NCBI GenBank assembly: GCA_002269645.1
Contig: NIVC01005083.1
Coordinates: 1 to 26,728, forward strand
Length of the DNA stretch: 26,728 bases
Reading direction: 5' to 3'
Source: Macrostomum lignano
Taxonomy: Eukaryota
Shown piece after piece: positions 24,501-26,728 of the stretch (its first letter is position 1; each line of letters begins with the position of its first letter). Under the pieces are notes generated by a model. That model ran no database searches. It saw nothing but the letters and a program-made list of their open reading frames with translations, and had not been told where the DNA came from. Position numbers and translations under genes: made by a program.

Positions 24501-25997
24501 TAAACTCTAAACATGATTTTGACCATTTTTTGCATCGTTCCTCCCACCCGATCCATCGAATGTACATCTATACATCCCATGTACATTATAACCCTTGTGT
24601 ATATCCTAATATACACTGTACATTCTAAGTAACTGGTTTACATTTTAGTTTAAGCAGATACAATGAAATCACTGACGCCAACTCACAGTCAGCTCTGGGG
24701 GCAGCAGTGTCACCACTGGCAAAGCATTCTTAGGCCTGCGTTTAACCAGCACGTTGACGGTTGCCGAGTCCGTCTGGCCGCGGGCGTCAGTGACGGTCAT
24801 TCGAATGCGTAATCGCCTTCGACTAGGCCGGACAAGTGCAGGACTGGCGTGTGCACTCCCTACGGTGGGGTGGCGGGGAGTCGTCAAGTGCTCTTGTGTG
24901 AGCTTACTAGGAATTAGAAAGTGCTTTGAAATATTTTAACGGAAATGGGTAATGTAAAAAGGAAGTTGGTTTTTTATCAGCCTAAATACCGGAAGGTGGT
25001 GCTTTGAAGGCCTAATCTAAAGGCTGGAAGTCGGTGCTTTAAATGCCGGAAGTTGATGCTTTAAAGGCCGGAAGTTAATGCTTTAAATTCCGGAAGTTAA
25101 TGCTTTAAATGCCGGAGGTTGATGCTTTAAATGCCGGAAGTTGATACTTTAAATGCCGGAAGTTGATGCTTTAAATGTCGGAAGTTGATGCTTTGAAGGC
25201 CGGAAGTCGATGCTTTAAATGCCGGAAGTTGATGCTTTGAAGGCCGGAAGTCGATGCTTTAAATGCCGGAAGTCGATGCTTTAAATGCCGGAAGTTGATG
25301 CTTTAAATGCCGGAAGTTGATGCTTTAAATGCCGGAAGTTGATGCTTTAAAGAGCCCAATCTTAAAACCGGAAATCGATGCAATAAAATTGCGTAATTAA
25401 ATGACCGGAAGCTGGTGCCACAAGGGCAAAATAAACGATCCAAATCAAAGCAGACAAACTGCCTACCTGCATATCGGCGCTAAGATGGCTGCCCCCTTTC
25501 TGCCGCCACATATAGCTGACAATGCCGTGATCATCTGTGCTGGCATTGCCGTACAGAGTGATGTTATTCTGAGGCAGGTAGATGACGCTGCTCTGGCCAG
25601 CGCTGGCCTTGGGCTTGTCGTCCGGCTCGGGAATGACAGTGATGTTTGCCGTGGCCGAATCGCTCAAACCTTTGGCGTCCTGCACAGTCAGTCGGATCAC
25701 GTAGAAGCCGGCTTTGAGGTTGTTTAACTGGAGGATCTGCTGGTCCTGGGAGACGCTGTGCAAATCCTGGGCCGTCAGCGGGCCGTCCACCACCTGCCAG
25801 TGGTAGGACTCGATCTTCTGGTCTCCGTCAACGCTGCCGCTGCCGTCCAGGATGGCGTTGTTGGGCAGCTGGATGGATAAGGAGGCCGGTTTGATCACCG
25901 CCTTTGGCGGCTTGCTCTTGTGCTTCGCCGGTTTCACCGTTACCATGACAACGGCTTTGCCAACGCGATTCGAATCCGTGTTGTCAGTGACGTCGAC
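21287..25997 (-). CDS. KIAA0319L: KIAA0319/KIAA0319L (AAVR)-family PKD-domain type I membrane protein, last five coding exons; 5' part outside window; three apparent 1-bp deletions
   Basis: Exons 25997-25467, 24859-24687, 24151-23782, 23535-22747, 21511-21287. Four full PKD-like repeats plus the end of a fifth (LDGSGSVD, GNASTDDHGIVSYMW, DASKSWDDKGIVEYKW). Cys-rich CQLGCSDRGYCD..CVCASFWMEN..GESNCDWS, TM helix VVYVSLGVTISLLGFCAAVWLLYCC, tail SDEEDTVY. The symbol denotes the family; an invertebrate gene may be co-orthologous to both vertebrate paralogues. Confidence 0.92.
21640..22690. repeat. 21-bp/42-bp minisatellite in the last KIAA0319-like intron
   Basis: Unit ACCGGAAGCACCAAGAACACA, changing at ~22360 to the 42-bp dimer ACCGGAAGCACCAAGTAGACCACCAGAAGCACCAATAACACA. 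Confidence 0.95.
22747..23535 (-). CDS. KIAA0319L: KIAA0319-like exon (end of last PKD repeat, Cys-rich region, TM)
   Basis: QDVSLAVGQVLNGSD...; 1-bp deletion at ~23337; ends GATAAG|GTGAGA. Confidence 0.88.
23782..24151 (-). CDS. KIAA0319L: KIAA0319-like PKD exon
   Basis: VELPLTRLVLNASAVDD...DASKSWDDKGIVEYKWT; 1-bp deletion at ~23852. Confidence 0.88.
24200..24490. repeat. Degenerate T-rich minisatellite in a KIAA0319-like intron
   Basis: Recurring (T)GTACTTTTGTG(C/A)AT units. Confidence 0.8.
24687..24859 (-). CDS. KIAA0319L: KIAA0319-like PKD exon
   Basis: GVHTPVLHLSGLVEGDYAF / MTVTDARGQTDSATVNVLVK; 1-bp deletion at ~24803. Confidence 0.88.
25025..25350. repeat. 22-bp minisatellite, ~14 copies, in a KIAA0319-like intron
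   Basis: Unit ATGCCGGAAGTTGATGCTTTAA. Confidence 0.93.
25467..25997 (-). CDS. KIAA0319L: KIAA0319-like PKD exon
   Basis: tcgcag|GTCGAC...ATGCAG|GTAGGC; 177 codons, open. Confidence 0.92.
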
Positions 25998-26050
25998 CTG
26001 CGAGTAATCGGGAAAGGATTTGCACACACATGAGCGGATGTAGATACGAG

Positions 26051-26505
26051 TATAGAGGATTGGCACACAACTGACCGGAAGTGGATATAGAGGATTGGCA
26101 CACAACTGACCGGAAGTGGATATAGAGGATTGGCACACAACTGACCGGAAGTGGATATAGAGGATTGGCACACAACTGACCGGAAGTGGATATAGAGGAT
26201 TGGCACACAACTGACCGGAAGTGGATATAGAGGATTGGCACACAACTGACCGGAAGTGGATATAGAGGATTGGCACACAACTGACCGGAAGTGGATATAG
26301 AGGATTGGCACACAACTGACCGGAAGTGGATATAGAGGATTGGCACGCAACTGACCGAAGTGGATATAGAGGATTGGGACGCAACTGACCGGAAGTGGAT
26401 ATAGAGGATTGGCACGCAACTGACCGGAAGTGGATATAGAGGATTGGCGCGCAACTGACCGGAAAGTAGAGATAGAGATTTGCACAAAACTGACCGGAAG
26501 TGGGT
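26051..26505. repeat. 35-bp minisatellite, ~13 copies, in a KIAA0319-like intron
   Basis: Unit CTGACCGGAAGTGGATATAGAGGATTGGCACACAA. Confidence 0.96.
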
Positions 26506-26728
26506 TGAGATGCGCGCACTAACGACCGGAAATGGGTTAAGGAATTACACTAATGACCGGAAGTGGATACAGAGGATTTAACACTAATGAACGGAAGGTG
26601 TGGATAGAAGAAACTATTCATTACGCGCTGAAACTAGCTAATCTACTAATAGTAGACTAATAAGTAGCAATTGTTTATTTTTCCTGTCTCTAAGTGAAAA
26701 AATATCGTATGTAATAATTCTTCACAGT

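Noticed and set aside
25998-26519. N-terminal repeat extension of the 385-aa ORF
   Set aside because: Translation of the 35-bp intronic array upstream of the acceptor at 25998-25999.

Overview
Eukaryotic (metazoan, invertebrate-type) genomic DNA with three intron-containing protein-coding genes, all on the minus strand. (1) A 3-exon secreted fibrinogen-related protein with a degenerate PAN/apple-like N-terminal module, CDS 4199->3166, ~285 aa. (2) A complete 15-exon REV3, the DNA polymerase zeta catalytic subunit, CDS 19033->5570, ~1881 aa after repairing one 1-bp deletion. (3) The last five coding exons of a KIAA0319/KIAA0319L (AAVR)-family PKD-domain membrane protein, 25997->21287, with its 5' end outside the window and three 1-bp deletions. 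I walked the exons by hand using GT-AG boundaries, codon phase and recalled similarity to the human proteins. In REV3 every intron longer than ~200 nt holds its own tandem array, while array-free introns are 82-91 nt; the KIAA0319-like introns follow the same trend. Several arrays are built on transcription-factor-like cores (AP-1, ETS, TALE) or G-quadruplex-prone motifs. The first 2.1 kb has no recognisable gene but carries a Hox/Pbx/Meis-like motif cluster, a CCAAT/TATA promoter-like block and an orphan + strand intron-like element. The style (GC-rich exons, satellite-filled introns) suggests a Macrostomum-like flatworm; that is inference only. I found no CRISPR array, rRNA, tRNA or intact transposon ORF, and no clearly new biological system; the findings are candidates to test.
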